A DNA stretch of 64,000 nucleotides from NCBI GenBank assembly GCA_951406725.2, contig OX597819.1, positions 88,784,001 to 88,848,000 on the forward strand. The letters run 5' to 3'. This document shows positions 28,337 to 42,200 of the stretch, piece by piece. The DNA comes from Octopus vulgaris (Eukaryota). Under the pieces are notes generated by a model. That model was not told the DNA's origin. It did no database searches and was given only the letters and a program-made list of their open reading frames with translations. Position 1 is the stretch's first letter, and the number at the start of each line of letters is the position of its first letter. The translations under genes and the position numbers were made by a program.

Positions 28337-31300
28337 GCTGGGAGAAATTCCTTTTTAGCAACTGTCAAAAAGACATTTACAAATGGTTTCAACACATTCC
28401 AGTTTTTATCAGTGTTTTCTGTAATACCAAGTAGCATTGATGCCACTAGGGAATGTCTAGGTATTTAAGCCCTGACTGATCAGAACAGACGTTAATGCAC
28501 GTACACACAGTCTCTCTCTCTCTCTCTCCAAACAAGCAGACACTAATGTGTACAGACTAGAAACAATAGTCTCGGTGGAGTTGCGTCCCTTGCCATTTAA
28601 GCGAGAGGATATTGCATGTGCTTGTGTGTGTGTACCTCTTGTTTACATACGCGCATGTTTGTACGTGTGTCACACGTGCTCTCTTTTTTCCCGTTACTGT
28701 TTTTCTTACAGTTTTAAACCCCAGTCTAGATACGAGAGAGGAGATACATACATTTAGATATATATGTATATATATGCCATAAGCTTTAAGCTGATATATA
28801 AAAAATACCATTATTATTATTTACAGGACTGTAAATCACGACGCCGTAATAAACCATTCGCACCGAAAGCACACACTCACACCACATACATACATACATA
28901 TATAAAGTATTCAAAAACGTAATCATTCCTTCCGTGTTTTGTAAGGCCTTGTATATCGAGAACAACACAATATAATGAGTCTTCCAATTTTTCTAAAACA
29001 GCAAGGTATGTTTTGAGAGAAATTAAGGCCGCAATTTATGAGAGGTCAAGTAGACCAGGAGTTCTCAGAGGGGACAAATTTGTAAAAAAAGTTTGGGAAT
29101 TTGTAGTAATAACAACCAATTGCCCGCAACTCGTGTTGTCTAGAAAGTGTGTGAAAAGCCTTTTGCTGTTTCCATCCACTTATCGTTGTATGTATTTGAT
29201 TTTAGAAATGTTTATAACCGGAAGCAAATTTCGGGTAGGATTCTGAACTACGCTTGATACATAGGTAAGGTGCCACTGTGAAACTGTACTATAATTGAGT
29301 TACTTGTTAGAAAAAGCTAAGCTAATTCATTTCATTAAAAATGTGACGTAAAATTAAATGAAACTGGTGTTATACTAAGACACAAGGCCTGATATTTGAG
29401 TGAGAGAACAGTGGTTTATACTCATTTCAGTACTTCACTGGTTACTTAGTCAACCGAACCTTGGAGGATGAGGCCAAGTTGACTGTTGTGAGAGGGAAAT
29501 CTTTGAACCCTTTTGTTACCATATTTCTGTAGAAAATACACAGTTACATAGATGAGGGCTCCAGGTGATCCAATCAACAGAACAGGTAGTACATGAAATT
29601 AATGTGCAAGTAAGTGGTTGAGCATTTTGTGCAAGTGGCTGAGCACACCCTAAACGTAGTTCTTAGGGAGATTCAGCATGACACAAAATGTGACAAGGCT
29701 GCCCTGGATATGATGAAGGAGTAAAATGGATGAGAAAGTTTGTCAACACCTTGTATAGACCCTCTCCAAACTTGCTACAAACAATGTATAAAGCAGAGGT
29801 GGGGAAACTTTTTAGAGCGGCAGGCAAAAAGTTTTCTAAGAAGTTCGCAGGCAGATCACAGGTTCAAACTCTTATATCTGTGTAAATCTTGTATATATCT
29901 ATATATAATTTGATATACATTAATAAAGATAAGTTTAACACATTAAATTAACGTGTGACATCTTCATTAACGCCGCCACTGATTTTAGGACGTTTATATT
30001 ACTTATGACGTTTTCTATTTTTTCAGCTAAAGTGTAGTTGAGTTTCTAGGGGGTAGTATAAACCTAGGAATATGTGTTTTATAGTGGATACAAAATTTCC
30101 ATTCAAATAGCAATTACCGGACAATTTCTAACCATTTTAAGTCGTAGTGGAAACACGACCTATGTTGCAAATACGCATACGAATATTGTATAAATTTTGA
30201 TTAAAAAATGTACTATATTTTGTACATATGAATATATCAGCCTGTGGGCACAATAGCGCCCATAGGCAGTGGTTTCCCCACCCCTGGTATAAAGCCTTAC
30301 TCCCTTGCACACATGCACAATACTTTTGTATTGGGTATGAACTCATGATCCCATTAATTCAATATTTCTTTTAATAGATACTTCCACAGCACAGGTCTCG
30401 TTAAGAAGGCGGCGAGCTGGCAGAAGCATTAGCATGCTGGGCGAAGTGCTTAGCGGCATTTCGCCTGCTACTATGTTCTGAGTTCAAATTCCGCCGAGGT
30501 TGACTTTGCCTTTCATCCTTTCGGGGTCAATTTGCACTGGGGTCGATATAAACAATCTAATCCGTTTGTCTGTTCTTATTTGTCCCCTTCTGTATGTAGC
30601 CCCTTGTGGGCAGTAAATAAATAAGAAGCTTGCTTCCCAAACACATGGTTCTGGGTTCAGTCCCATGGCGTGTTACCATGGCCAAGTGAGTAGATTTGGT
30701 AGAGGGAAACTGAAAGAAGCCCATTGTATATATTTATGTGTGTGTCTTCCTGTCTATGTTTGCTTCCCCCCACTCCATCACTTCACAACTAATGTAGGTG
30801 TTTGCGTCCCTGTAGGTTAATGGTTTGGCAAAACAGACCAATACAATAAGTACTAGACTTACAAAGAATAAGTCTTGGGGTTGATTTCTTTGACTAAAAA
30901 AACCCTTTAAGGCAGTGCTCCAGCATGGCCAAAGTCAAATGACTGAAACAATTAAAAGTATAAAAGAATAAAACTTTTAATTACCACGATAAACAAAGTA
31001 CTAACAAGAAAGTTTCTATATGGTTGCTCAAACTGTTAGAAATAGCAGCCAAATTTCCCTCATATTGCACAGGTGCAGGTGTGGCAGTGTGGCAAGAAGT
31101 TTGCTTCCCAACCACATGGTTCCGGGTTCAGTCCCACTATACAATACCTTGGGGAAGTGGATTCTATTCTAGCCTCAGACTGACCAAAGACTTGTGAGAA
31201 GATTGCTAGACGGAAACTGAAAGAAGCCTGTCATATATATGTATTTTTATGTGTGTGTCCTTGTGTCTGTGAGAAAAACAGCACCATGATGCAATTTCAC

Positions 31301-34300
31301 TGCCAGAAATTTGGAAATGACATGATGTACTGCTTGGCATTCCCACTAGAAGCTCCAATTTGAATATTTCAGAGTGTTTGGATGTCAATCAGATGAGTGA
31401 TAAGAATCAAACATCACGGTGTTTGGAGTGACCACTAGTGATGGTGACATTATGCCTCCATTCATCTTTCCTCAGACTCAACATGGAGGCCTATATCAAG
31501 TACCTGGAGGAGGCAGTGCTGCCTTGGATCAACATGGTGACTGCTGGAAGACTCTATGTCTGCCAACAGGACTCTACACTATGCCGCACAAGTAAGCAGA
31601 ACCCAAGCACAACTGTCAAACAATTTTTATAACTACATCACCCCTAACATTCGGACACCTAACTCCCCAGACTGCAACCCCCTTGATTATTATGTGTGGA
31701 GTGCAGTTGAGCGAGAGACCAGCATAACTCCTTGTAACACCAAAAATGAACTGAAGGTAAGGATTATAGCAGCATTCACCAACTTAACCCTTTAGTGTTT
31801 AAACCGGCCACATCCGGCCCAATATATTCTACATGTTTTATATTCAAACTGGCCATATCTAGCCTCTCACACCTAACCTACATTGACATTCTAAAAATAA
31901 ACAATCACGTCATTGAAACCTCAAAGCTATAAGATAATGCATGATTAATTCATAACAATTTGAGTGAAAAAGTATTACATTTAACAGAGTAATCTGAACA
32001 CTAAAGGGTTAAACAAGATCGTCCAGAAGAGTTGCAGGAGATTCCAAAGTCATCTGGAGGCCATGGTTGAAGCCAATGGCAATTTTATTGAATAAATTTA
32101 CTCTTTTAGTCTTTCGAGATATTTTTATGTAATTTTGGTAAATATATCTGTTAAATTGAGATGCCAGTGTTAGTTTCATTTTTGCGTGTATATATAATTG
32201 CCAGCAATATATATATATATATATGTGTGTGTTTTATAACTGTTTGACAACTTAACAGTTCAGCATAAAGAGACTGACAGAATGAGAATAAGTACCAGGC
32301 TTTAAAAAAAGGTTAGTGCTGGGGTTCATTTGTTTAACTAAATCCTTCAAGGCAGTGCTCCAGCATGGCATCAATCTAATGACTGAAACATTTAAAACAT
32401 TATATATATATATATATATATATAATGTACATATACACATACAAACACATTATGGTATTTTGCAGGGATTATTCTGCCAATAACAACATACACACTGGTT
32501 ATAGCTCACTTCCTTATCAACTGACAGATTTATCAAATTCGTACACGTCTGTAAGCTTCTTAATTAGTTTTCTTTCACCGACAGTTTTGATCTCTTAGTG
32601 TTTGGTCTTTTATACACCGGCTGTTGCTGTTGGTGATGATGCCGATTCTATAAATGTAAATAGGCACACATACATATATATATATATATGATGTGTGTGT
32701 GTGTAGCTACAGTGCTGATATGTCTGTATGGTAATCAGTATCCAACTGTGTGCATACGCATGTGTGTGAATTTTTGTTAATACATTATTTTCTATTGTGC
32801 TGTCAATTGCACTAGATTTAATTTATAGCGTTAGCAGATAAGATGGTGTGGATATGTGGACATTGTGGTCATTATTTTGGTTTTATTGCAATTTATTTCC
32901 TTCATAGGATCTACATATTGCCATTACTAGTCTGTGTTATCTATATTAATGCTAGTAATTTGTGTATTAAACTTGTAAATCTGATCTAGTATATTAGACT
33001 GTCAGTCTACCTAGCTTAATATGTATGTATATATGTATATGTCTTATATGTATATAGACGTACAAGAGAGAGAGGAGGGGGTGATTGATGTATGAGTATC
33101 AAAAAATATACATTAATTAAGAGCTCAATTAATAATAGGTTATTAAACTCCAGTACTTTATTACAATGCAGTAAATCCAGGTGGAACAAACTTGCATTGT
33201 ATACACAGAACTGGTTAATAAAGATAATTTAGAACAACAAGTTTAGAATGAAAAGCAGAAAAGCATAAATTTCACATATAATTCATAATTTAATTATGCT
33301 CAACAGCTGTTTCGTTGGCAATAAACATTATTGTTTATAATGATTACATAATTAAGTTACATTGTTAATTTAAATAGATGTTGTCTTAAACCGTCAGGAG
33401 AATAACTCTCATGGAACTAACATGGACTAAAAAGTCCTAGAGATACTACAAAAATGCAATATTTTCACCAATTTCTTAGACAAGATTAGCAAAACTGGCA
33501 GACTATATAAATATTCTATCTTACAAAATTATATATAAATTGTGTGCGTTTTTCTTCTTTTGTTATATATTCTTTTTACTCCAACTCACCATGTGGGGAA
33601 AATCTCTTTGATAAAACTCCTTACTACTATATGAGTGAAAAATTGCACAGAAAGATGGCAAGGGAACATGTGAAATACATGAGAAAACAAAGTAATAACA
33701 TTGATCATTTTGGTGATATCAACAACAAAATGCTGCTGGGATAAGAGAGAGGGCATAAAGAGTAGAATGAGACAAGTAGATAAGACAACATTAAGACAAG
33801 ATATGCACAACAGTAATGTTAATAGAGAAGGAAGTACTCCTATAGGAGGACTTCAGAAGGAAAGTAGAGAGATAGAAAGATAAGATGGAAAGAAAGGTAA
33901 ACTAAGATGAACCAGGGCCTGAAGTAATGGCACAGGCAGGAGCCAAAGAAACCATGGTAGATCAATGAAGTGGTTGAGCAAAAAGAGGATGGGTGAAAGA
34001 AGAAAACAGAATGGTCACACACTACTATAAAGGGAGGAGTGGCTGTGTGGTAAGTAGCTTGCTTACCAACCACATGGTTCCAGGTTCAGTCCCACTGCGT
34101 GGTATCTTGGGCAAGTGTCTTCTGCTATAGCCTCGGGCTGACCAATGCCTTGTGAGTGGATTTGGTAGATGAAAACTGAAAGAAGCCTGTCGTATATATG
34201 TATATGTTTGTGTGTCTGTGTTTGGTCCCCCTAGCATTGCTTGACAACTGATGCTGGTGTGTTTACATCCCTGTCACTTAGCAGTTCGGCAAAAGAGACC

Positions 34301-37300
34301 GATAGAATAAGTACTGGGCTTACAAAGAATAAGTCCCGGGGTCGATTTGCTCGACTAAAGGCGGTGCTCCAGTATGGCCGCAGTCAAATGACTGAAACAA
34401 GTAAAAGAGTAAAAAGAGTAAAGAGTAATGAAAGGGGGAAAGGCAAAAGGTGGGGGGAAAGGAAACGGTGTATAAATATGGTTTAGTGTTTAGGACATTC
34501 TTCAGCTCATGATGATAAGGTCATGAGATCAATACCCAATGGCATGTTGTGTCTCCTGAGCAAATTACTTTATCTCAAATTGCTCCAGTGCATTCAGCTG
34601 GTAAAAAGTAGTTGTACCTGTAATTTACAGGGTCAACCTTGTCACATACTGTACCATACTGAATCTTCCTGAGATCTATGTCAAGGGTACACATGTCTGT
34701 GGAGTGCTCAACCACTTGCACATTAATTTCATGAGCAGGCTGTTTCATTGGTCAGGTCAACTGGAAAACTTGTCATAACCGATGAAGTTCCATCTGTGTG
34801 TGTGTGTAGGAGACATGGCTGTGTGATTAAGAAGTTCACTTCACAACTAACTGGTTGTGAATTCAGCCCTGTTACATGGCACTTTGGTCAAATGTCTGAA
34901 TTGAGTGAATTTGGTATACAGAAATGGTATGGAAGTTCATTGTATGTGTGTGTGTGAGTCTACGAGTCTGCAAGTGTGCACGTTTGTGTTTCACTGCTCC
35001 TCAACATGTGCAAGCTTGTTTACATCCCCCTGACTTAGCAGTTAGACAGAAAAGATCAATATAGTAAGTACCAAATTTAAAATAAAAATCAAATGGAAAT
35101 TGTAGTAGTGATACCCATGCCAGTGGCATGTAAAAAGCACCATCTGAATGTGGCTGATGCCAGCGCCACCTTTACTGGCATCCATGCCAGTGCCACGTAA
35201 AAAGCACCAACCAATCGTGGCCATTGCCATCCTCCTCTGGCCCATGCTGATGGCACATAAAAAGCACCCACTGGCGTTAGGAAGGGCATCCAGCTGTAGA
35301 AACACTGCCAAATCAGACTGGAGCCTGGTGCAGCCTCCTGGCTTCCCAGACCCTGGTCGAACCGTCCACCCCATGCTAGCATGGAAAACAGACATTAAAC
35401 AATGATGATAATGATGACTGCAGTCGATTTCATTATCAAACACAACAAAACAAAACCTTCAAGCCACAATCTACTGACCAGAAACGAGTAAAACACTAAA
35501 AGCATTGGTTTATATTATTACACTGTAGTATAGGTGAGAGAAGGGTCTATTTTTATTGTGGGAACAATGAAAAGAGACAGGTGCCATGCTCTACTAACAC
35601 ACCTTGGAGAAAATTGACAGCTCAGTGAACAACATTGGAATAGTAATCCTGTCTACCTAGTGACGGAATCTAACACTCTGACATGTTACCAAATCCATCT
35701 GTAGGTGGAAAGACAGATACAACTTCAATAGAAAGATATGTAGATATGTGGAGTTAGAACTTCCCCTATACACCTCCATCTCTGCAATAATATGCAATAG
35801 TAAGTACTAGCAGGACCCATGAATATTTCACAGAATTAATGGTAAATTTATTGGGTTATTTCTGAAAAATTTATCCCAAAATCCTGAAAGCATAGACTGT
35901 GTTGTGTCTATATGAAAAAATAGCTGCTCATCTGCTACTCATTGAAAAGTGAAGGAAATTAGAATATGATGATCACTTAATGCACTTCATATATATATAT
36001 ATATACTTTATACACAATTTTATAGACTTAATACACAGCACTTTCCTCTTTCTCTTTCATTCTTTGCCTTATCCTCTTTTTCTCTCTTTTTTCTTTCTCC
36101 CTCTTTTTCTCTCACTTTTTGTCTTTTTCTTTAACTAATGACATGGAAGCATTAAAGGAAAAAAACTTAATTAAAAAAAAATTACACATTTCACTCACCA
36201 CCATCCTCCCTCTTTATCTAATTATGTAAAAGCATTACGGAAGGGCTAAGTAACGAAGGAACAAGCAGAATTATTATAAGATACTCTAACTTAGAGATAG
36301 TATGCAATATTTCAGAGACCATACAATGAAGTAAGGAATATAATATAATATAATGATATAAAAATAGTCTGCATAGGGACTTAAGTGGAAAAAATATATA
36401 ATCAAACACCTGCACGATTTAACGCAATATATAATATAAGATGTACATATTAAAACAAAAATAACTAAGAGTAAGACAAACAGACAAATTGACAATGGTG
36501 ACATCATGAAAGGAATTGGATCCCAAGGCAGTGTGTTGAAAAATGTGTGAATATCGCTAGTGCTATTGTCTGCTATACTGAAATGTGAGAGTAAAAATTT
36601 CAGGTTGTACCTGCTAGTTGATATTAGCACTATCTTTTTGTTCATTACTGGTTTGGAGTAGTTTGTAATGTGTCTTTTTTTTTTTTTTTGCAGTCAAACA
36701 TATACTGCACTATTTCGTTTTTGGATTTGGTTTGCAAGATTCTTTATATGAGTTCATGTGTTGAAGCATATTCTGTTGAGTCTGGGGGAGAGTCATTTTC
36801 TTTTTGTGCCTTATAATGTAACACACACTCACCGGTAAAATTTCCCCTTATTTCTTATTTTTATTTTCCTAAAATTTCCGTTGCGTCTTGCAACCTTTTC
36901 AATAGTCTTGACCGGTGAGTATGTTACATTATAAAGCATGAAAAGAAAATGAATCTCCCCAGACACAGCAGAACATACTGCACTGTTTTGAACAATTACT
37001 GTCTGGCTCTATACAAAATCGAACATGCAACATCAAGGAACCCACCTTGATTGTTCTTCCAAATATGTTTTGAGAATCATGTACTGTTTTCTTTGTGTGA
37101 TGTTGGAAAAACATCATATCCTGGTACTGTAGGATGTTTTTTGTTAAACCAATGTAAGACACCATACTATTATATATTTTGCAGCTGCAGTGGCCAATAT
37201 ATGTCAATTAACATGTTTTCTCATGCACACACACAAGAATATAGATAAATACACACCTACATATAACTGATACTTATGCTTGTTATCAGCTTCACTGACC

Positions 37301-39240
37301 AATTCTGCTAGCAAGACATCAGAAATATACTACAGAGACAGGTAATTGAAATATATGACAGACAAGAATGTTTCTAACTTGAATTTGGCATTTGAACTCA
37401 TAATCTTTCTGAAGAATTTACTGTTGTTTCAAAATATTCTTTGGATTGCTGAAATTAATTCTCACCTGACACGTAACCTGTGTCAGGTGGACAGCTGAGA
37501 AAAAGAGAAGTGAAAGATATGAAAATTAATACCTTTTTCGCAGTTTTCTTCATCGGAGTGATCTGAACAATCAGGATGACGATCACACTTCCAAGACATT
37601 TCAATACACTGACCATTCTTGCATTGAAACTTATTGCCAGTACAGCTGGGTGATGCTAGTTAAGAAAGAAGGGGAGAAAAAAAAAAACCCAAAAGATATT
37701 AAGAGTTTAACATGAGACATAATATTTTACTATAAAAAATAACAGATTTACTAAGACTTTTTTTTTATGGTATTTGAAAAATATCATTTGTTGGTATATA
37801 TATTGTCAGATGGTTTTTTTTTTGTTAAACCAAAGTAAGACATAGTACTACTATATTTTTTACAGTAGTAGTGGCCAACATACATCAATAAACATGTAGT
37901 CATACATACATAAATACACACACACATATGTATACATATACACAGCATTGAAGGCGGATGTTAACCCTTTCATTACTATATTTCTGACCAAAATACACCC
38001 CTCATGAGTTTCAATTAAATTCTAAAATAATCATGAATCTAGGCTTGTTTCATTAAATAACTGTAACTTTTTTACTTATCAACATATTAATGTGATATTT
38101 GGAACATAATTAAAGAAAGGGTTCTTAATCGATTCTATTGCATAACTTTTGTCTCAAAGTGACTTTAATTACAGGTAAATCCAGGTAAATTGAGCAAAAG
38201 GTAAAAATATTAAAATTTTAAAATGAGTAAAAGGTAAAAATATTAAAATTTTGTTTAAACATCACCATAGAAAATGAATCATCAGCTAATATTCAAATGG
38301 GTATGCAACAAAATTTTGATAAAGAAGAATTGAGCACATCACTATATCATCAGTTGAATTTAATGCACAACAGGTGTACCATAAAGGTGGATTAAACTGA
38401 AATATTGGAATCCACCGTAAGTTTGACCGAACTAAAGAAATCGGTCAAAAAATAATATACGGCCCTGGTTATGGTATGGAAGTGATAAATTCCAGAACAC
38501 ATCGTTCCCTAGGCCATGCTGACTAACATAATTTTCCCTGTATAAAAACTAAATCCACACAGTACCCAGTATTTGCTTCACAAATTTTCCAAAATTTGAT
38601 CCCCCATTTTGTGTTTTGTTTACATTCTGCGTAGGTTTGTTTCTGCATTGATCGCTTCAAACAATAACTTCCAGACCACATCATACCCTAAGCCATGCTG
38701 ACTAACATTAGTTTCCCTGTATAAAAACTAAATCCACAACAGTACCCAGTATTTGTTTCACAAATTTTCCAATTCGGAATCAATGCTTGATAACATGAAA
38801 CTCCTATCTATTTTCAAAGTTTAAGAAAAATCGATGCCGAAAAAACTGTGGGAAAAAATCTCCCAAAATTCAAGGAATTAAAATTACACGTCGATCTTTG
38901 TACAAAACTGTAGATGAACTGTTTACGAAGCATAATCATGTGTTTTCACGAATGTACTAAAGAGATTTGCTCTGGTATTCTCATTTAAATATGAACAGGT
39001 AAATTCGGGCGGCTTGGTCACATTAACCAAAATTTTTTTCGGGTGGCTTTGGGCGGCTTGGTAACGAAAGGGTTAAACGATGATGATGATGATTTTATAT
39101 ATATATATGTTGACATTAGGAAGGGTATCCAGCTGTAAAAACTCTGCCAGATCAGAAGCCTGGTGTAGCCATCTGGTTCGCCAGACCTCAGTCAAATCGT
39201 CTAACCCATGCCAGCATGGAAAGAGGATGTTAAACGATGA

Positions 39241-39281
<41 letters not shown>

Positions 39282-42200
39282 CACACACATATCACTTACA
39301 CTGCATACACAAATTCACATATAGACTGATACTTATATATTTATATATTTTTTTCAGCTTCACTTACCAATTCTGCTCGAGGACATTAGAAATATACCAC
39401 AGAGAGAGGTAATTGAAAAATTTACCTCATCTTCAGAAATAAAATTTTTTATTTTTAATATCATTGGTAGTATCTAGTTACAGTTTTACTTTTTGAGTTC
39501 AAATCCTGTCAGGGTTAATTTTGTTTCATTCTTCTGGGATCAATAAAATCACTTCTGTCCCCCCATACAACAAATCTTCCGTTGGCCTTGTGCAAGAGTT
39601 AAAATTCAATATATATTTTTGGAAAATAATAGTAATATATTTTGTTGTATCCCAGGAGGATCCGTATGCCAATAACAAGCACACATTAAGGAGGTTGTGA
39701 AGGGTGACAAAAGGATTTTGACAAACTGATTGATTGACTAAACAATTCACCTAGCAATTCATTAGTTAGTTGATTAAATAACAAATCAACAAATAATAAT
39801 AAAGAAGTCCACACTGTAAAGTGGTTGGCATTTGGAAGGGCATACAGCTGTAAAAGCATTGTCAAAACTGACCTCGCCTGTGTTTGTGCCATGTAAAAAG
39901 CACTGGGTCCACTCTGCAGAGGGGTTGGTATTAGGAAGGGCATCCAGCCATAAAAACCCTGCCAAAACAGAGACAGATGTCTGGTGCAGGCTCCTGCCTG
40001 GCCAGTTCTTGTCAAACTGTCCAACCCATGCCAGTATGGAAGGCACATGTTAAATGATGATGATGATGAAATGAAAATGAGTCTGTGTGTGTGTGTGTGT
40101 TTAATATTGGCATAATGAACAAAATCTCCTTCCGACACAAGTTCACATCAAGAATCTTGGAAACCAAATACAAAAACAAAATAAAATATTCCTCAGAGTC
40201 TTCTGGAAATATATAATTTGTTTAAAACTGACTTGAATGCAAGGAGAAATACACCAAGTAATCAAATGGAAAACTTGCATTGCTGCGGGGTCAAACTTGC
40301 TTTCCTTGCCTCTAAAATTTCTAAAATAGATACCAGTATTGATACATATACAATTTTGCTTGTACAAATTTATATTCATGCTTAAAAAATGTCATTTATA
40401 GTAGCAATGTCATATCAGTGAAGAATAGATCTTTTGTTTAGCTTGTATAACATTCCTGACAATACTGTCTGTCTCCCTTCAAGTCTTTTTTTTCAACAAT
40501 TACTAAACCTCATAAGGTAAAAACAGGGTCGCCCCCTCCCACATAATTATCTCTTGCCATAATACAATGAGGACATTACAAGTGAATGGTGCCAAAGTCT
40601 CCAGGAACAACTTCTTGAAACAATAAAACAGAAGAGGAGAGGGGGAGAGAGAGAGAGAGAGAGAGAGAGATTGGAATCTTAGTTCAATATTTTGTATTGC
40701 ATTGATTGTGACTTTTACACTAAGTAATCAAATGTTGTATCATCCGGATAGCACTGGCAAAACTTAATTGTACAAGACTTTCAGGTTCATTACATTTAAT
40801 TAACACTAATTAGAATAAGCAAACATAACTTTCCTTTAACGATATGTAAAGGTTTACAGTCACTGCCTGCCTGCCTGCTGTTGGTTCTGAATGCAGTGAT
40901 GGACAGTATAGTGAACCGTAACTTTTCATATTACAGACAAGTCACTAATAGAAAACATTCTTGATGGCAGCAAAAACATAATGAGTCATTGTACAAAGCA
41001 GTGTTCCAATGAAAACATGATTGGGTAATGAGGTGATCATGTCATCATCATCACCATTATCAGCACCACCACTACCACCACTGTTTTTAACATCTGTTTT
41101 TCCATGCTACCATGGGTTAGACAGTGCCCTGGGACTGTCTTTAACATGTTTACTGCCATGGCCTGTTACTGCAACTCACCAGTGGTGCCATGTATTTCAT
41201 GTGGTCATACTGCATACTATTTGATTACAAGGAAATGTCATTTATTTGCATTTTAACAATATTTCATTATTAAACTTTAATATTTAATACACATCTTCTC
41301 TAAACCCTTTAGCATTCAGATTACTTTGTCAAATGTATTGCTTATTTATTCACATTGTTTTATCTTATAGCTTCAAGATTTCAGTGATGTGATTGTTTAT
41401 TTTCAGAGTGACATTGTAGGGCAAGTGTAAGAGGCCAAGTCTTGCTGGTTTGAACATAAAACAAGTAGAATATTTTGGCTGGATATGGTCAGTTTATATG
41501 CTAAAGGGTTAAATATCCTTGAAACCATGCTAAAGATACAGAATAAAATATTTTCTCACTGGTAATGAATATGGCAGTTGTGTGAAAATTGCAATGAACC
41601 ACCAAGGGTACCTGTGATGCTTAACAGGAGTTCCAAGGTTTTTGAGAAGTATGGAACCACCACTCAACCACTAGTGACCCAGAATTGTAGCAGCACCAGT
41701 TAGGGCCCCAGCTATAGGTTAACTGGTAGGTCAATCAGGCAAATGGAGCTCATTGGTTAAGGAGTGGGGTTTGGTGTCATACTTACCTAGAGTAAAACCT
41801 GAAGAAAAATCAGGAATTGGAGCCCCTGAGACAGTTCAATGTTGTCTATCTCTCATTCTGGCAACTCAATGCAATGATGCTTGTGCCAAATTGTAATGGC
41901 CATGCTATTCCTTTGGATCCATCATTGACATGGAGAGTGGGGAACACACTACAACAACATGTCTTCCATACCATACCACTCAAGTCTGGAACCTATTAAA
42001 CACTCTAAAATGGAGAGGTAGAACAGGACTGCTCCAGTGAGGGGTGGACAACTAGGACCTATATCTAGGGTCATTAATGACCAATGGAGGCCTTAGATGG
42101 GTTGGACAAGTCTTCTCTACTTTAGTGTCTCATCACTTGTCTCAGTTCTTTATCACCTCCTTCATAAGACTTCAACCTCCGGAGATCAGTTTCCACATCT

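Larger units (their letters stand above)
37090..39420 (+). repeat. Local direct duplication (~260 bp) flanking the LDLa exon; the second copy is split by TE insertions
   Basis: About 37100-37350 aligns to about 37770-37940 plus 39325-39418 (TTGTTAAACCAA.GTAAGACA; CTTCACT.ACCAATTCTGCT...AGAAATATAC.ACAGAGA.AGGTAATTGAA). Confidence 0.75.

Noticed and set aside
34032-34105. tRNA-like sequences at SINE heads
   Set aside because: They lack a complete cloverleaf and acceptor stem and continue into SINE bodies; not tRNA genes.
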